A stretch of DNA of 44,895 bases from the IMG/VR virus record IMGVR_UViG_2851982317_000005. The stretch is one strand, 5' to 3'. Shown one piece after another: positions 17,510 through 27,415 of the stretch; positions within the stretch are counted from its first letter, which is position 1; each line of letters starts with the position of its first letter. The notes under the pieces were generated by a model. It saw only the letters and a list, made by a program, of their open reading frames with translations. It searched no databases and was not told where the DNA came from. This stretch comes from a virus (lineage: Duplodnaviria > Heunggongvirae > Uroviricota > Caudoviricetes). Made by a program: the position numbers and the translations under genes.

Positions 17510-17845
17510 TTATGGACTTTGTTGTTTTAGTCCATAAGGACATATTTGCAGAGTGCAACGGTTATTAAAGCATTCATTCAATACGTTATCTGTATTTGTA
17601 GGACATTCCTGGCTGTTTTTGATTAAATTCCAGAATGTTTTATTGAATGGTACTACGTTGTAAATGGTTACAGGTAGCACTTTGTTATTGAGCATGATAC
17701 CTGTGTGAGTCAGTGTAAATATACTTTCAGGAGGTAAGAAAGCATCCGATTGATACCAGATTATTAATTTTATTTTACTCCATATGACTGAAAAAGATAT
17801 TCCGCATGATGGCTGGATAACTGTATCAATCACAATCCACTTCAT
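17510..17845 (-). CDS. Hypothetical Cys-containing moron protein of unknown function
   Basis: 111-aa ORF with good ribosome-binding site (AAGGAAG 6 nt upstream of ATG); AT-rich; 12-bp perfect inverted repeat overlapping its stop codon. Confidence 0.5.
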   Translation of the reverse strand: MKWIVIDTVIQPSCGISFSVIWSKIKLIIWYQSDAFLPPESIFTLTHTGIMLNNKVLPVTIYNVVPFNKTFWNLIKNSQECPTNTDNVLNECFNNRCTLQICPYGLKQQSP

Positions 17846-18090
17846 TTAGCTTCCTTGTTTATGCCTTGCTGGTGATGTTCTGAAAAGTATAAATGATATT
17901 TTTGAATATAAACCATAGAGCAGAATTATTTTTCTGATGTTGTTTATTGTTTATTTAAATGCAGGGTGGTTTATATCTCGTCTTGTAGTTTATCCATGCA
18001 TATCTGCTTGATGATCAGGTTTCTATTTAAGGTATGGTTTTGTGTTTTTTCTGTGTTACATGTCTGGTATTTTAAAGAATTATTTTTCAG

Positions 18091-18294
18091 ATGGTGGAAA
18101 GAACCATGGCATTTAAACACTATGATGTTGTCAGGGCGGCGCCGCCGTCAGATCTTGCGGAAAAGCTGACACATAAACTGAAAGAGGGCTGGCAGCCGTT
18201 TGGTAGTCCGGTGGCCATAACCCCTTATACCCTGATGCAGGCGATTGCAGCAGAAGGTGATGTGGTGGTCAGTGGTGCAACTGAGCCCGAGTGA
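18091..18294 (+). CDS. Small conserved lambdoid protein upstream of holin (YbcW-like by size and position)
   Basis: 67-aa ORF MVERTMAFKHYDVV...; true start may be the second Met. Confidence 0.4.
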   Translation: MVERTMAFKHYDVVRAAPPSDLAEKLTHKLKEGWQPFGSPVAITPYTLMQAIAAEGDVVVSGATEPE

Positions 18295-18601
18295 TACTAC
18301 GTCATCGTACTGGCCCGGCATTCCAGGCCATAAAAGACAGTCTGGCAGTGGGACTAAATGTACTGACGCTGACGGATATTACCAAAAATGCAACGTATGG
18401 CGTTGAGATAGAAAGTCTGGTGCTGGAGATAAATGCACCGGCATCATCATAAAAAGTGAGCCAGTCAAATGGAAGGTATCGTTAAACTCACCGGTAGTGT
18501 CAGTGGATCGTCTGAGACGCTTGCATGAGTTATCAGAGCCATCAGTAGTTAACTGGTGGCTTTTTTATTGTTGTCAGCTTCCGGATAACGGGAGACGGGG
18601 T

Positions 18602-18817
18602 ATGGACCAGATGGAAAAAATCACAACAGGTGTGTCATACACCACGTCAGCGGTGGGAACGGGCTACTGGTTCCTGCAGTTGCTGGACAGGGTTTCCCCG
18701 TCTCAGTGGGCGGCAATAGGCGTGCTGGGGAGTCTGCTGTTTGGGCTGCTGACATATCTGACTAACCTGTATTTCAAAATCAGAGAGGACCGTCGTAAGG
18801 CGGCACGGGGAGAGTAA
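18602..18817 (+). CDS. Holin (phage 21 S / EssD-EssQ family) with dual-start motif
   Basis: Product [71 protein letters not shown]: two TM segments and a charged C-terminus. Confidence 0.8.
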   Translation: MDQMEKITTGVSYTTSAVGTGYWFLQLLDRVSPSQWAAIGVLGSLLFGLLTYLTNLYFKIREDRRKAARGE

Positions 18818-18821
18818 TTCA

Positions 18822-19172
18822 ATGACTCAAAACTATGAACTGATTGTGAAAGGGATCCGCAATTTTGAGAATAAAGTTACGGTAACTTTAGCGTTACGGG
18901 ACAAAAAACGCTTTGACGGTGAAATTTTTGACCTGGACATCTCGCTGGACCGTGTTGAAGGTGCCGCGCTGGAGTTTTATGAGGCAGCAGCCAGAATGAG
19001 CATCAGACAGGTCTTCCTGGATGTTGCTGCCGGGTTATGTGAAGGGGATGAGCAGTCGCCGGAAAAGCGCCCCGTAATTTTAGAGGCGCAGAATGTATGG
19101 ATAACCTACAAAGGAAAGCTACCGGGAAGAATTACTGGTTCTCTGAAGACTCCTCCGGAATCACAACCTTAA
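18822..19172 (+). CDS. Hypothetical protein between holin and endolysin (YdfR-like by position)
   Basis: 116-aa ORF starting 5 nt after the holin stop. Confidence 0.45.
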   Translation: MTQNYELIVKGIRNFENKVTVTLALRDKKRFDGEIFDLDISLDRVEGAALEFYEAAARMSIRQVFLDVAAGLCEGDEQSPEKRPVILEAQNVWITYKGKLPGRITGSLKTPPESQP

Positions 19173-19235
19173 GTCACTGACCGGAACAGATAAACCTGTC
19201 CGTGGGCAGAAACCGATAAATCCTGATAAATATCC

Positions 19236-19769
19236 ATGAACGCAAAAATCAGATACGGCCTGTCGGCTGCCGTTCTGGCACTGATTGCCGTCGGTGCGCC
19301 CGCGCCTGATATTCTCGACCAGTTTCTGGATGAAAAAGAAGGTAACCACACAACGGCATACCGCGATGGGTCCGGCATCTGGACCATCTGTCGGGGTGCC
19401 ACGATGGTGGATGGAAAACCCGTTTTTCCCGGTATGAAACTGTCGAAGGAAAAATGCGACCAGGTCAACGCCATTGAGCGTGATAAGGCGCTGGCATGGG
19501 TGGAGCGCAATATTAAAGTACTACTGACCGAACCACAAAAAGCGGGTATAGCGTCATTCTGTCCCTATAACATTGGCCCCGGTAAGTGTTTCCCGTCGAC
19601 GTTTTATAAGCGGCTGAATGCCGGTGATCGTAAGGGCGCATGCGAGGCGATTCGCTGGTGGATAAAAGATGGTGGGCGCGATTGCCGCATACGTTCAAAT
19701 AACTGCTATGGACAGGTTATTCGTCGTGACCAGGAAAGCGCATTAGCCTGTTGGGGGATAGAGCAGTGA
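19236..19769 (+). CDS. SAR endolysin (lysozyme, glycoside hydrolase family 24; phage 21 R-like)
   Basis: N-terminal signal-anchor-release segment [24 protein letters not shown] followed by the T4-lysozyme-like motif [22 protein letters not shown]. Confidence 0.85.
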   Translation: MNAKIRYGLSAAVLALIAVGAPAPDILDQFLDEKEGNHTTAYRDGSGIWTICRGATMVDGKPVFPGMKLSKEKCDQVNAIERDKALAWVERNIKVLLTEPQKAGIASFCPYNIGPGKCFPSTFYKRLNAGDRKGACEAIRWWIKDGGRDCRIRSNNCYGQVIRRDQESALACWGIEQ

Positions 19770-20227
19770 GCAGAGTCGCCGCGATTATTTATGCTTTGGT
19801 TATCTGCATCATCGTCTGCCTGTCGTGGGCGGTCAATCATTACCGTGATAACGCCATCGCCTACAAAGAACAGCGTGATAAAAAAGTCAGTGAGCTGAAG
19901 CAGTCGATCGCCACCATCGCTGACATGCAGCAGCGTCAGCGTGATGTTGCTGCACTCGATGCAAAGTACTCGAGAGAATTAGCCAATGCGAAAGCTGAAA
20001 ATGAAACTCTGCGCGCTGATGTTGCCGCTGGTCGTCGTCGGTTGCACATCAAAGCAGTCTGTCAGTCAGTGCGTGAAGCCACCACCGCCTCCGGCGTGGA
20101 TAATGCAACCAGCCCCCGACTGGCAGACACCGCTGAACGGGATTATTTCACCCTCAGAGAGAGGCTGATCACTATGCAAAAACAACTGGAAGGAACCCAG
20201 AAGTATATTAATGAGCAGTGCAGATAG
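19766..20227 (+). CDS. Rz i-spanin
   Basis: N-terminal TM segment then coiled-coil periplasmic domain; overlaps the endolysin stop; start GTG 19766 or TTG 19751. Confidence 0.75.
   Translation: MSRVAAIIYALVICIIVCLSWAVNHYRDNAIAYKEQRDKKVSELKQSIATIADMQQRQRDVAALDAKYSRELANAKAENETLRADVAAGRRRLHIKAVCQSVREATTASGVDNATSPRLADTAERDYFTLRERLITMQKQLEGTQKYINEQCR
19986..20168 (+). CDS. Rz1 o-spanin (lipoprotein embedded in Rz in the +1 frame)
   Basis: Lipobox LVVVGC and proline-rich mature region ([18 protein letters not shown]), wholly inside Rz. Confidence 0.75.
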   Translation: MRKLKMKLCALMLPLVVVGCTSKQSVSQCVKPPPPPAWIMQPAPDWQTPLNGIISPSERG

Positions 20228-20258
20228 AGCTGCCCATATCGATGGGCAACTCATGCAA

Positions 20259-20552
20259 TTATTGTGAGCAATACACACGCGCTTCCAGTGGAGTATAAAT
20301 GCCTAAAGTAATAAAACCGAGAAATCCATTTACGAATGTTTGCTGGGTTTCTGTTTTAACAACATTTTCTGCGCCGCCACAAATTTTGGCTGCATCAACA
20401 GTTTTCTCCTGTCCAATTCCCGAAACGAAGAAATGATGGGTGATGGTTTCCTTTGGTGTTACTGCTGTCGGTTTGTTTCCAACAGTAAACGTCTGTTGAG
20501 CACATCCTGTAATAAGCATTGCCAGAGCGGCAGAAAACAACATTTTTTTCAT
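20259..20552 (-). CDS. bor: Bor lipoprotein (serum-resistance-associated, lambda Bor family)
   Basis: 97-aa product MKKMLFSAALAMLITGCAQQTFTV...GIYTPLEARVYCSQ closely matches recalled lambda Bor; opposite strand after the lysis genes as in lambda. Confidence 0.85.
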   Translation of the reverse strand: MKKMLFSAALAMLITGCAQQTFTVGNKPTAVTPKETITHHFFVSGIGQEKTVDAAKICGGAENVVKTETQQTFVNGFLGFITLGIYTPLEARVYCSQ

Positions 20553-20935
20553 CTTATTATCCTGCATTGTTAAAAACGGCAGAATCCTATGTGACAACAA
20601 TTAAACGATAGTTAAATGGATTGATGAAAATTAAAACTATATAGGTGGATGCTCAGCCTATCGGAGGTAGTCAGGATTTGAATGTCAGTCTGTTGTCGGC
20701 ATTCTGGCAATGCAATTTGGATAAAGCGGGGATTAAAAAGATAGAGGCGAGCCGGTCAGGTAGAAATGAATCAGGCTCAAAGTGAAGCGGAAAAGGTCTG
20801 TGGCACAAGCTGATGCAGCCATAATTACAGCCTGATGATTTGTGGAATGAAACATGTTGAACCTCCTTAATTGATGTTATTCGAGTGATGAAGGCATTCT
20901 GTCCTTCTATAGTGTCCAGTAAATCAAACAGGAAA

Positions 20936-20957
20936 CTTGTCCAACGTGTTGGACAAG
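20936..20957. promoter_or_regulatory. 22-bp perfect palindrome CTTGTCCAACGTGTTGGACAAG upstream of HNH/terminase genes
   Basis: Read directly; lies in the non-coding region between bor and the packaging genes where cos or regulatory sites are expected. Confidence 0.35.
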
Positions 20958-21077
20958 CCTCTCCATTAGTGAGTTGTATTGATCACAACTCTACAAAGAA
21001 TTCATTACTGGGTAGATGAAAATAGTTTCACTATGAATGGAGGAGGCTATGTCGGTGGCTTCTTCATTGGAGTACAT

Positions 21078-21428
21078 ATGCCCCCACGAATCCCACGCGC
21101 CTGCCGTAAGCGTGGATGTGCAGGTACAACCACAGACAGTTCTGGTTACTGCGATAAACATCGTGGCGAAGGATGGGTACAGCATCAACGCGGACTGAGC
21201 CGCCACCAGCGTGGCTATGGCTCGAAATGGGATGCCATACGTGCGCGCATACTGAAGCGTGATAATCATCTGTGTCAGAACTGCCTGCGCAATGGGAGAG
21301 CCGTTGAAGCCAGAACTGTGGACCACATCATTCCGAAAGCTCATGGTGGCACGGATGCAGACAGTAACCTGCAGAGTCTGTGCTGGCCCTGTCATAAAGC
21401 AAAAACAGCGCGCGAACGCATCAATTGA
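21078..21428 (+). CDS. HNH endonuclease (terminase-associated)
   Basis: HNH motif VDHIIPKAHGGTDADSNLQSLCWPCHKAKT plus N-terminal Cys cluster; GGAG ribosome-binding site before ATG 21078. Confidence 0.8.
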   Translation: MPPRIPRACRKRGCAGTTTDSSGYCDKHRGEGWVQHQRGLSRHQRGYGSKWDAIRARILKRDNHLCQNCLRNGRAVEARTVDHIIPKAHGGTDADSNLQSLCWPCHKAKTARERIN

Positions 21429-21575
21429 TAACAGTTCCCATCTGTAGGGGAGGGGCAGGTCAAATCTCTGCAACCCTGGCTGCTCAGTACCGCCGCCTGA
21501 CCTTTCCTCGCATCGCCGCAGGTTCGAAAACTTTTTTTTGGAATGTGATTAAATGATTGATAGGTAAAACCGATT

Positions 21576-22058
21576 ATGTCAGGACCCCTGAAAACCCCGC
21601 CACGCCTGCATTTGATACGAGGCAACCCCTCAAAGCGCCCCGTTAAAGACCCAAAAAAAACCGCTAAAAAGGATGAAAAATGTCTCCCTAAAATTCCGCA
21701 ACATTTAGGGTCGCAGGGGAAGTACTGGTTCAGGCGAATGGCGGAAGAACTGAATGCGGAAGGGATCATTTCTCAGCTTGATGCGCGTGCACTCGAGTTA
21801 CTGGTGGAAGCCTACACCGAATACCGGCATCACTGCGAAACACTCGATGTTGAGGGGTATACCTACCGCACGGAAACGCAGAACGGTGATGTGCTGATTA
21901 AGGCACACCCGGCTGCTGCGATGAAAGCGGATGCCTGGAAGCGGATCCGGGCGATGCTTGCAGAATTTGGTATGTCACCGGCAAGCCGGGCGAAAGTAAA
22001 TACCGCCGGACCGGATGATGTTGATCCGCTGGCGGAGCTTTTAAAAGCGAGAGACTGA
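21576..22058 (+). CDS. Terminase small subunit (P27/HK97-like family)
   Basis: 160-aa ORF directly upstream of and overlapping the large terminase start. Confidence 0.65.
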   Translation: MSGPLKTPPRLHLIRGNPSKRPVKDPKKTAKKDEKCLPKIPQHLGSQGKYWFRRMAEELNAEGIISQLDARALELLVEAYTEYRHHCETLDVEGYTYRTETQNGDVLIKAHPAAAMKADAWKRIRAMLAEFGMSPASRAKVNTAGPDDVDPLAELLKARD

Positions 22059-23815
22059 TGGCAAAAGTGGCTGACGGGATCCGCTACGCCGAACGTGTTG
22101 TTGCAGGAGAAATTGTCGCTGGCGAATTTGTCCGTCTGGCCTGTCAGCGTTTTCTTGATGATCTGAAGTACGGCGAAGAGCGGGGGATTTATTTTAGTGA
22201 ACCCCGTGCGCAGCACATCCTTAATTTCTACAAATTTGTGCCCCATGTGAAAGGGGCGCTGGCAGGCCAGCCCATTGAACTGATGGACTGGCATGTATTT
22301 ATCCTCATTAATATTTTTGGTTTTGTCATTCCGCTGGTGAATGAAGAGACCGGGGAAGTTGTCATGCGCAGCGATGGCAGCGGACGCCCGGTGATGGTGC
22401 GCCGGTTCCGGACGGCGTACAACGAAGTCGCCCGTAAAAACGCAAAATCAACCCTGTCATCGGGTATCGGTCTGTATATGACGGGGGCAGATGGTGAAGG
22501 TGGTGCTGAGGTGTATTCAGCCGCAACCACGCGTGATCAGGCCAGAATCGTGTTTGAAGACGCCAAAAATATGGTCAGAAAAGCCCGGTCGACACTCGGG
22601 CGGTTGTTTGACTTCAACAAGCTGGCGATTTACCAGGAGCAGAGCGCATCAAAATTTGAACCGCTTTCCTCGGATGCAAACAACCTGGACGGTCTGAACA
22701 TCCACTGCGCCATTATTGATGAGCTGCATGCTCATAAAACCCGTGACGTGTGGGACGTTCTGGAAACGGCAACCGGTGCCCGTCTGCAGTCTCTGTTATT
22801 TGGCATCACCACGGCTGGCTTTAACAAGGAAGGGATTTGCTACGAGCAGCGCGATTACGCCATTAAGGTATTGCGAGGCTATAACAGCGACGTGGAGGGC
22901 GCGGTAAAAGACGACTCCTACTTTGCGATCATTTACACGCTCGATGAGGGAGATGATCCGTTTGATGAAACGGTCTGGCAGAAAGCGAATCCTGGCCTGG
23001 GCATCTGTAAACGCTGGGATGATCTGCGTCGTCTGGCGAAAAAAGCGAAGGAGCAGGTCTCTGCGCGGGTGAATTTTTTTACCAAACACATGAATGTGTG
23101 GGTCACTGCCGAATCTGCCTGGATGGATATGATTAAGTGGGAGAAGTGCGAATACATTGCTCCACAACATGAGCTGAAAACATATCCCATGTGGGTCGGC
23201 GTAGACCTTGCTCATAAGATTGATATCTGTGCGGCGGCAAAACTCTGGCGAACCGATAACGGACATGTTCATGCTGATTTTAAATTCTGGCTTCCGGAAG
23301 GACGGCTGGAGCGATGCTCGCGGCAGCAGGCAGAACTTTACCGGAAGTGGGCGGAGATGGATAAGCTCATCCTGACGGATGGTGATGTTATCGATCATGC
23401 TCAGATAAAAAGTGACTTACTGGAATGGATTGGCGGTGAAAACCTCAGGGAACTGGGATTTGACCCGTGGAGCGCAATGCAGTTCAGCCTGGCACTGGCT
23501 GAAGAAGGGATACCGCTGGTGGAGGTTCCGCAGACGGTCCGCAATCTGTCAGAGGCCATGAAGGAAACGGAATCACTGGTTTATGCCGGGCGTTTCCATC
23601 ACAGCAATCATCCGGTCATGAACTGGATGATGTCTAACGTTACGGTAAAACCGGACAAAAACGACAACATCTTCCCGAATAAATCCACGCCTGAAGCCAA
23701 AATCGACGGCCCTGTTGCACTTTTTACGGCCATGAGCCGCTTTCTGGTAAATGGCGGGGGCGTGAATGACTTTCTGTCCACGCTTGATCCTGATGAGGAC
23801 CTGTTAATTCTGTGA
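22058..23815 (+). CDS. Terminase large subunit (HK97-like)
   Basis: 585-aa ORF between small terminase and portal with ATPase and nuclease-like regions. Confidence 0.8.
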   Translation: MAKVADGIRYAERVVAGEIVAGEFVRLACQRFLDDLKYGEERGIYFSEPRAQHILNFYKFVPHVKGALAGQPIELMDWHVFILINIFGFVIPLVNEETGEVVMRSDGSGRPVMVRRFRTAYNEVARKNAKSTLSSGIGLYMTGADGEGGAEVYSAATTRDQARIVFEDAKNMVRKARSTLGRLFDFNKLAIYQEQSASKFEPLSSDANNLDGLNIHCAIIDELHAHKTRDVWDVLETATGARLQSLLFGITTAGFNKEGICYEQRDYAIKVLRGYNSDVEGAVKDDSYFAIIYTLDEGDDPFDETVWQKANPGLGICKRWDDLRRLAKKAKEQVSARVNFFTKHMNVWVTAESAWMDMIKWEKCEYIAPQHELKTYPMWVGVDLAHKIDICAAAKLWRTDNGHVHADFKFWLPEGRLERCSRQQAELYRKWAEMDKLILTDGDVIDHAQIKSDLLEWIGGENLRELGFDPWSAMQFSLALAEEGIPLVEVPQTVRNLSEAMKETESLVYAGRFHHSNHPVMNWMMSNVTVKPDKNDNIFPNKSTPEAKIDGPVALFTAMSRFLVNGGGVNDFLSTLDPDEDLLIL

Positions 23816-23833
23816 AACAGCTTATTACTGATA

Positions 23834-23973
23834 TGACCGGGCTGATCGGTTTCGGTTTGCTCACTGCTGGCGTTTATCTGTATGCAGGTCTGCCAGCGTC
23901 TCTGATGCTGTCGGGCTGTTTGTTGCTGCTTTATGCACTGGTGGTGTCCATGAGGAGAAAACATGCTTCTTGA
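23834..23973 (+). CDS. Possible small membrane protein between terminase and portal
   Basis: Manual translation MTGLIGFGLLTAGVYLYAGLPASLMLSGCLLLLYALVVSMRRKHAS (alternative GTG start at 23812). Confidence 0.25.
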
Positions 23974-25189
23974 TGCTCTGTTTCGCAGTGAGCCTCTGGA
24001 AAATCCCTCGGTTCCGGTAACCGGAGAGGCCGCTGAGACGGATAATATTTTTGCCCGGGATGTGTATGTCAGTCCGGAAACATCCATGAAGCTGGCTGCT
24101 GTCTATGCCTGTATTTATGTTATTTCATCCAGTGTGGCTCAGATGCCCCTGCATGTGATGCGAAAAACGAATGAGCATGTTCAGCCTGCACGCGATCATC
24201 CGTTGTTCTGGCTCGTTCATGATGAACCGAATGCCTGGCAGACCAGCTATAAGTGGCGGGAACTGAAGCAGCGTCATGTGCTGGGGTGGGGCAATGGTTA
24301 TACGTGGGTAAAACGTAATCGTCGTGGAGAGGTTACCAGCCTTGAATGCTGTATGCCATGGGAAACTACGTTACTTAACACCGGTGGGCGTCATACTTAC
24401 GGGGTGTATAACGAAGAGGGTGCATTTGCGGTAAGTCCGGACGACATGATCCATATCAGGGCGCTGGGAAACAATCAGAAAATGGGACTGAGCCCGATCA
24501 TGCAGCATGCTGAAACCATTGGTATGGGAATGAGTGGCCAGCAGTATACCAGCGCCTTTTTTAACGGTAATGCCCGTCCTGCCGGTATTATTTCTGTGAA
24601 AAATGAACTGAACGAACAAAGCTGGGGCAGGCTTAAAAATATGTGGCAGCGGGCGGTGACAGCGCTTCGCAGCCAGGAAAATAAAACCATGTTGCTGCCT
24701 GCGCAACTGGATTACCGCGCTCTGACAGTTTCTCCGGTGGATGCTCAGATCATTGATATGACCAAGCTGAACCGGTCGATGATTGCCGGGATTTTTAATG
24801 TCCCGGCGCACATGATTAATGACCTGGAAAAAGCCACATTTTCGAATATTACGCAGCAGGCGATTCAGTTTGTTCGCTACACGATGATGCCCTGGGTTGC
24901 GAACTGGGAGCAGGAGCTTAACCGTCGCCTGTTTACCCGTACAGAACGGGCTGCCGGGTATTACGTTCGTTTCAACCTCACGGGGTTGCTCCGTGGGACC
25001 CCACAGGAGCGTGCGCAGTTCTATCACTTTGCCATTACAGATGGCTGGATGAGTCGGAATGAAGCCAGGGTATTTGAGGATATGAACCCGGTTGACGGTC
25101 TGGATGAAATGCTGGTCAGCGTAAATGCAGCAAATCCGTTGAATAACTTTAAAGATACGAAAGGCAAAGAGGAAAAGAACGATGAATGA
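23963..25189 (+). CDS. Portal protein (HK97 family)
   Basis: 408-aa ORF with conserved order terminase-portal-protease-capsid. Confidence 0.8.
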   Translation: MLLDALFRSEPLENPSVPVTGEAAETDNIFARDVYVSPETSMKLAAVYACIYVISSSVAQMPLHVMRKTNEHVQPARDHPLFWLVHDEPNAWQTSYKWRELKQRHVLGWGNGYTWVKRNRRGEVTSLECCMPWETTLLNTGGRHTYGVYNEEGAFAVSPDDMIHIRALGNNQKMGLSPIMQHAETIGMGMSGQQYTSAFFNGNARPAGIISVKNELNEQSWGRLKNMWQRAVTALRSQENKTMLLPAQLDYRALTVSPVDAQIIDMTKLNRSMIAGIFNVPAHMINDLEKATFSNITQQAIQFVRYTMMPWVANWEQELNRRLFTRTERAAGYYVRFNLTGLLRGTPQERAQFYHFAITDGWMSRNEARVFEDMNPVDGLDEMLVSVNAANPLNNFKDTKGKEEKNDE

Positions 25190-25781
25190 CCGTGAAACGC
25201 GCTGTTACAGCGGGGAGGTGCGGGCGGAACAATATGATAATGCCCCGACCCACATTCTGGGGTATGGCTCGGTATTTAACAGTCGTTCAGAACCTCTGTG
25301 GGGATTTCGTGAAATCATCAAGCCGGGGGCTTTTGATGATGTACTGAATGATGATGTACGTGGCTTGTTTAATCATGATCCTAATTTCATTCTCGGACGA
25401 AGTTCTGCCGGCACGTTGTCATTGTCGGTGGATGAACGCGGTTTACGTTATGACATTGTTGCACCGGATACTCCGACTATTTGTGACCTGGTGCTGTCTC
25501 CAATGTTGCGTGGTGACATTAATCAGTCCTCGTTCGCGTTTCGTGTCGCCCGTGACGGAGAGAGCTGGTATGAAGACGACGAGGGGATTGTTATCCGGGA
25601 AATCACGCGCATTTCTCGTCTGTATGACGTCAGCCCGGTGACATATCCGGCCTATCAGGACGCAGACTCTGGTGTCCGCTCAATGAAAGCCTGGCAGGAA
25701 GCGCGGGCGAGTGGTGCGCTGAAGAAAGCTGTTAACGAACGAATGGCGCGTGAGCGTCTTTTGACCCTTCTTAATGCATAA
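25182..25781 (+). CDS. Prohead maturation protease (HK97 family)
   Basis: 199-aa ORF between portal and major capsid genes. Confidence 0.75.
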   Translation: MNDRETRCYSGEVRAEQYDNAPTHILGYGSVFNSRSEPLWGFREIIKPGAFDDVLNDDVRGLFNHDPNFILGRSSAGTLSLSVDERGLRYDIVAPDTPTICDLVLSPMLRGDINQSSFAFRVARDGESWYEDDEGIVIREITRISRLYDVSPVTYPAYQDADSGVRSMKAWQEARASGALKKAVNERMARERLLTLLNA

Positions 25782-25795
25782 GGATACTACTGACG

Positions 25796-27013
25796 ATGAA
25801 ACTTCATGAGATGAAGCAAAAACGAAACACCATTGCAAAGGATATGCGTGCACTGCATGAAAAAATTGGTGATAACGCATGGACTGATGAGCAACGGGCA
25901 GAGTGGAACAGGGCGAAAGCTGAGCTGGATGCGCTGGATGAGCAAATCGCCCGTGAAGAAGAGTTGCGCCGTCAGGATCAGGCATATGTGGATGAGTCCG
26001 GGCCGGAAGAGCGCCAGAATAATGAGGCGGAGAACGGGAAAAAGGCGGTGGAAGAGAAGCGCGCTGCGGCATTTAACCGTTTTCTGCGTGCCGGATTTGC
26101 AGAACTGAATGCTGAAGAGCGTAATCTGATGCGTGAACTGCGGGCTCAGAGTGTAACAACGGATTCTCAGGGCGGATATACGGTGCCCACGCAGATGCGT
26201 AACAAAATCATTGACACCATGAAGGCTTATGGCGGGATTGCCAGTGTGGCGCAACTTCTGACCACATCAACCGGGCAGGATATCACCTGGTCAACGTCTG
26301 ATGGCACGACTGAAGAGGGCGAACTGCTGGCGGAGAATACAGCCGCAACGGAACAGGATGTGACGTTCGGGACCGCTATTCTGGGGGCTAAAAAGCTGTC
26401 ATCAAAAATAATTCGTGTGTCCAATGAGCTGCTCCAGGACAGTGGGGTGGATATTGAATCTTATCTGGCAAACCGTATTGCCCAGCGTATTGGTCGTGGA
26501 GAGGCAAAATATCTGGTTCAGGGGACCGGAACGGGATCACCGTTACAGCCAAAAGGGCTGGCAGCGTCGGTGACGGGAACCATCCAGACTGCAGCCTCTG
26601 CCGCTTTCACCTGGAAAGAAATGAATGCCCTGAAACATGCTATTGATCCGGCATATCGTGGTGGGCCGAAATACCGCTGGGCATTCAATGATGCCACATT
26701 GCAGACTATTGAAGAGATGGAGGATGGACAGAAACGCCCGTTATGGCTGCCGGATATTGCAGGCGGTACGCCGGCTACTGTGCTGGGGATCCCTTATGTT
26801 ATTGATCAGGCTATTGACGGGATTGGTACCGGAAAAAAATTCATTTTCCTGGGGGATTTCAACCGCTTTATTATTCGCCGCGTTACTTATATGGAACTGA
26901 AACGTCTGGTTGAGCGTTATGCTGAGTTTGATCAGGTGGCATTTCTGGCTTTCCATCGTTTTGACTGTGTGCTGGAAGATGTGGCAGCCATCAAGGCGCT
27001 CACTGGCAAATAA
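25796..27013 (+). CDS. Major capsid protein (HK97 fold) with N-terminal coiled-coil delta domain
   Basis: 405-aa ORF; charged coiled-coil N-terminus then capsid-like body; followed by a strong terminator. Confidence 0.85.
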   Translation: MKLHEMKQKRNTIAKDMRALHEKIGDNAWTDEQRAEWNRAKAELDALDEQIAREEELRRQDQAYVDESGPEERQNNEAENGKKAVEEKRAAAFNRFLRAGFAELNAEERNLMRELRAQSVTTDSQGGYTVPTQMRNKIIDTMKAYGGIASVAQLLTTSTGQDITWSTSDGTTEEGELLAENTAATEQDVTFGTAILGAKKLSSKIIRVSNELLQDSGVDIESYLANRIAQRIGRGEAKYLVQGTGTGSPLQPKGLAASVTGTIQTAASAAFTWKEMNALKHAIDPAYRGGPKYRWAFNDATLQTIEEMEDGQKRPLWLPDIAGGTPATVLGIPYVIDQAIDGIGTGKKFIFLGDFNRFIIRRVTYMELKRLVERYAEFDQVAFLAFHRFDCVLEDVAAIKALTGK

Positions 27014-27034
27014 CCACTCGTTGTTCAGTTACAG

Positions 27035-27057
27035 ACCGCGCCGACGCGGTTTTTTTA
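27035..27057 (+). terminator. Rho-independent terminator after capsid gene
   Basis: accgcgccgacgcggt hairpin followed by TTTTTTT. Confidence 0.6.
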
Positions 27058-27089
27058 TGCCCGCACAGTGTTGCGGGCAGGAGTTTCTG

Positions 27090-27407
27090 ATGGCAGCAAT
27101 AGTGGAAAAACTCAGGGCGCAGTGCCGTATTGATACAGATGATGCAACTGATGATGAGTTACTGATGCTGTATTTCCGGGCTGCCTGCCGCAAGGCAGAA
27201 AATTTTATCAACCGTAAGCTTTATGAGGAGACGGTGCCGGAAGGTGATCCTGAAGGGGTGCTTATAGCTGATGATGTTTTGCTGGCGCTCATGTTGCTGG
27301 TCGGGCACTGGCACGAAAACCGGGAAAATTCCTCAGATGTCAGCAAGGCACCAGTCCCGTTTGGTTTTTCTTCTCTGCTGGAGCCTTATCGTTTTATTCC
27401 TTTGTAG
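27090..27407 (+). CDS. Head-tail connector protein (gp6-like)
   Basis: Small ORF directly after the capsid gene; start at ATG 27090 (MAAIVEKLRAQ...). Confidence 0.6.
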   Translation: MAAIVEKLRAQCRIDTDDATDDELLMLYFRAACRKAENFINRKLYEETVPEGDPEGVLIADDVLLALMLLVGHWHENRENSSDVSKAPVPFGFSSLLEPYRFIPL

Positions 27408-27415
27408 GAGGAGAG

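Noticed and set aside
16600-18090. Shiga toxin (stxA/stxB) genes downstream of Q and tRNAs
   Set aside because: The ORFs here (117 aa and 111 aa) do not have the size or sequence features of StxA (about 319 aa) or StxB (about 89 aa)
22796-23398. 200-aa minus-strand ORF
   Set aside because: Antisense inside the large terminase gene
24371-25027. 218-aa minus-strand ORF
   Set aside because: Antisense inside the portal gene
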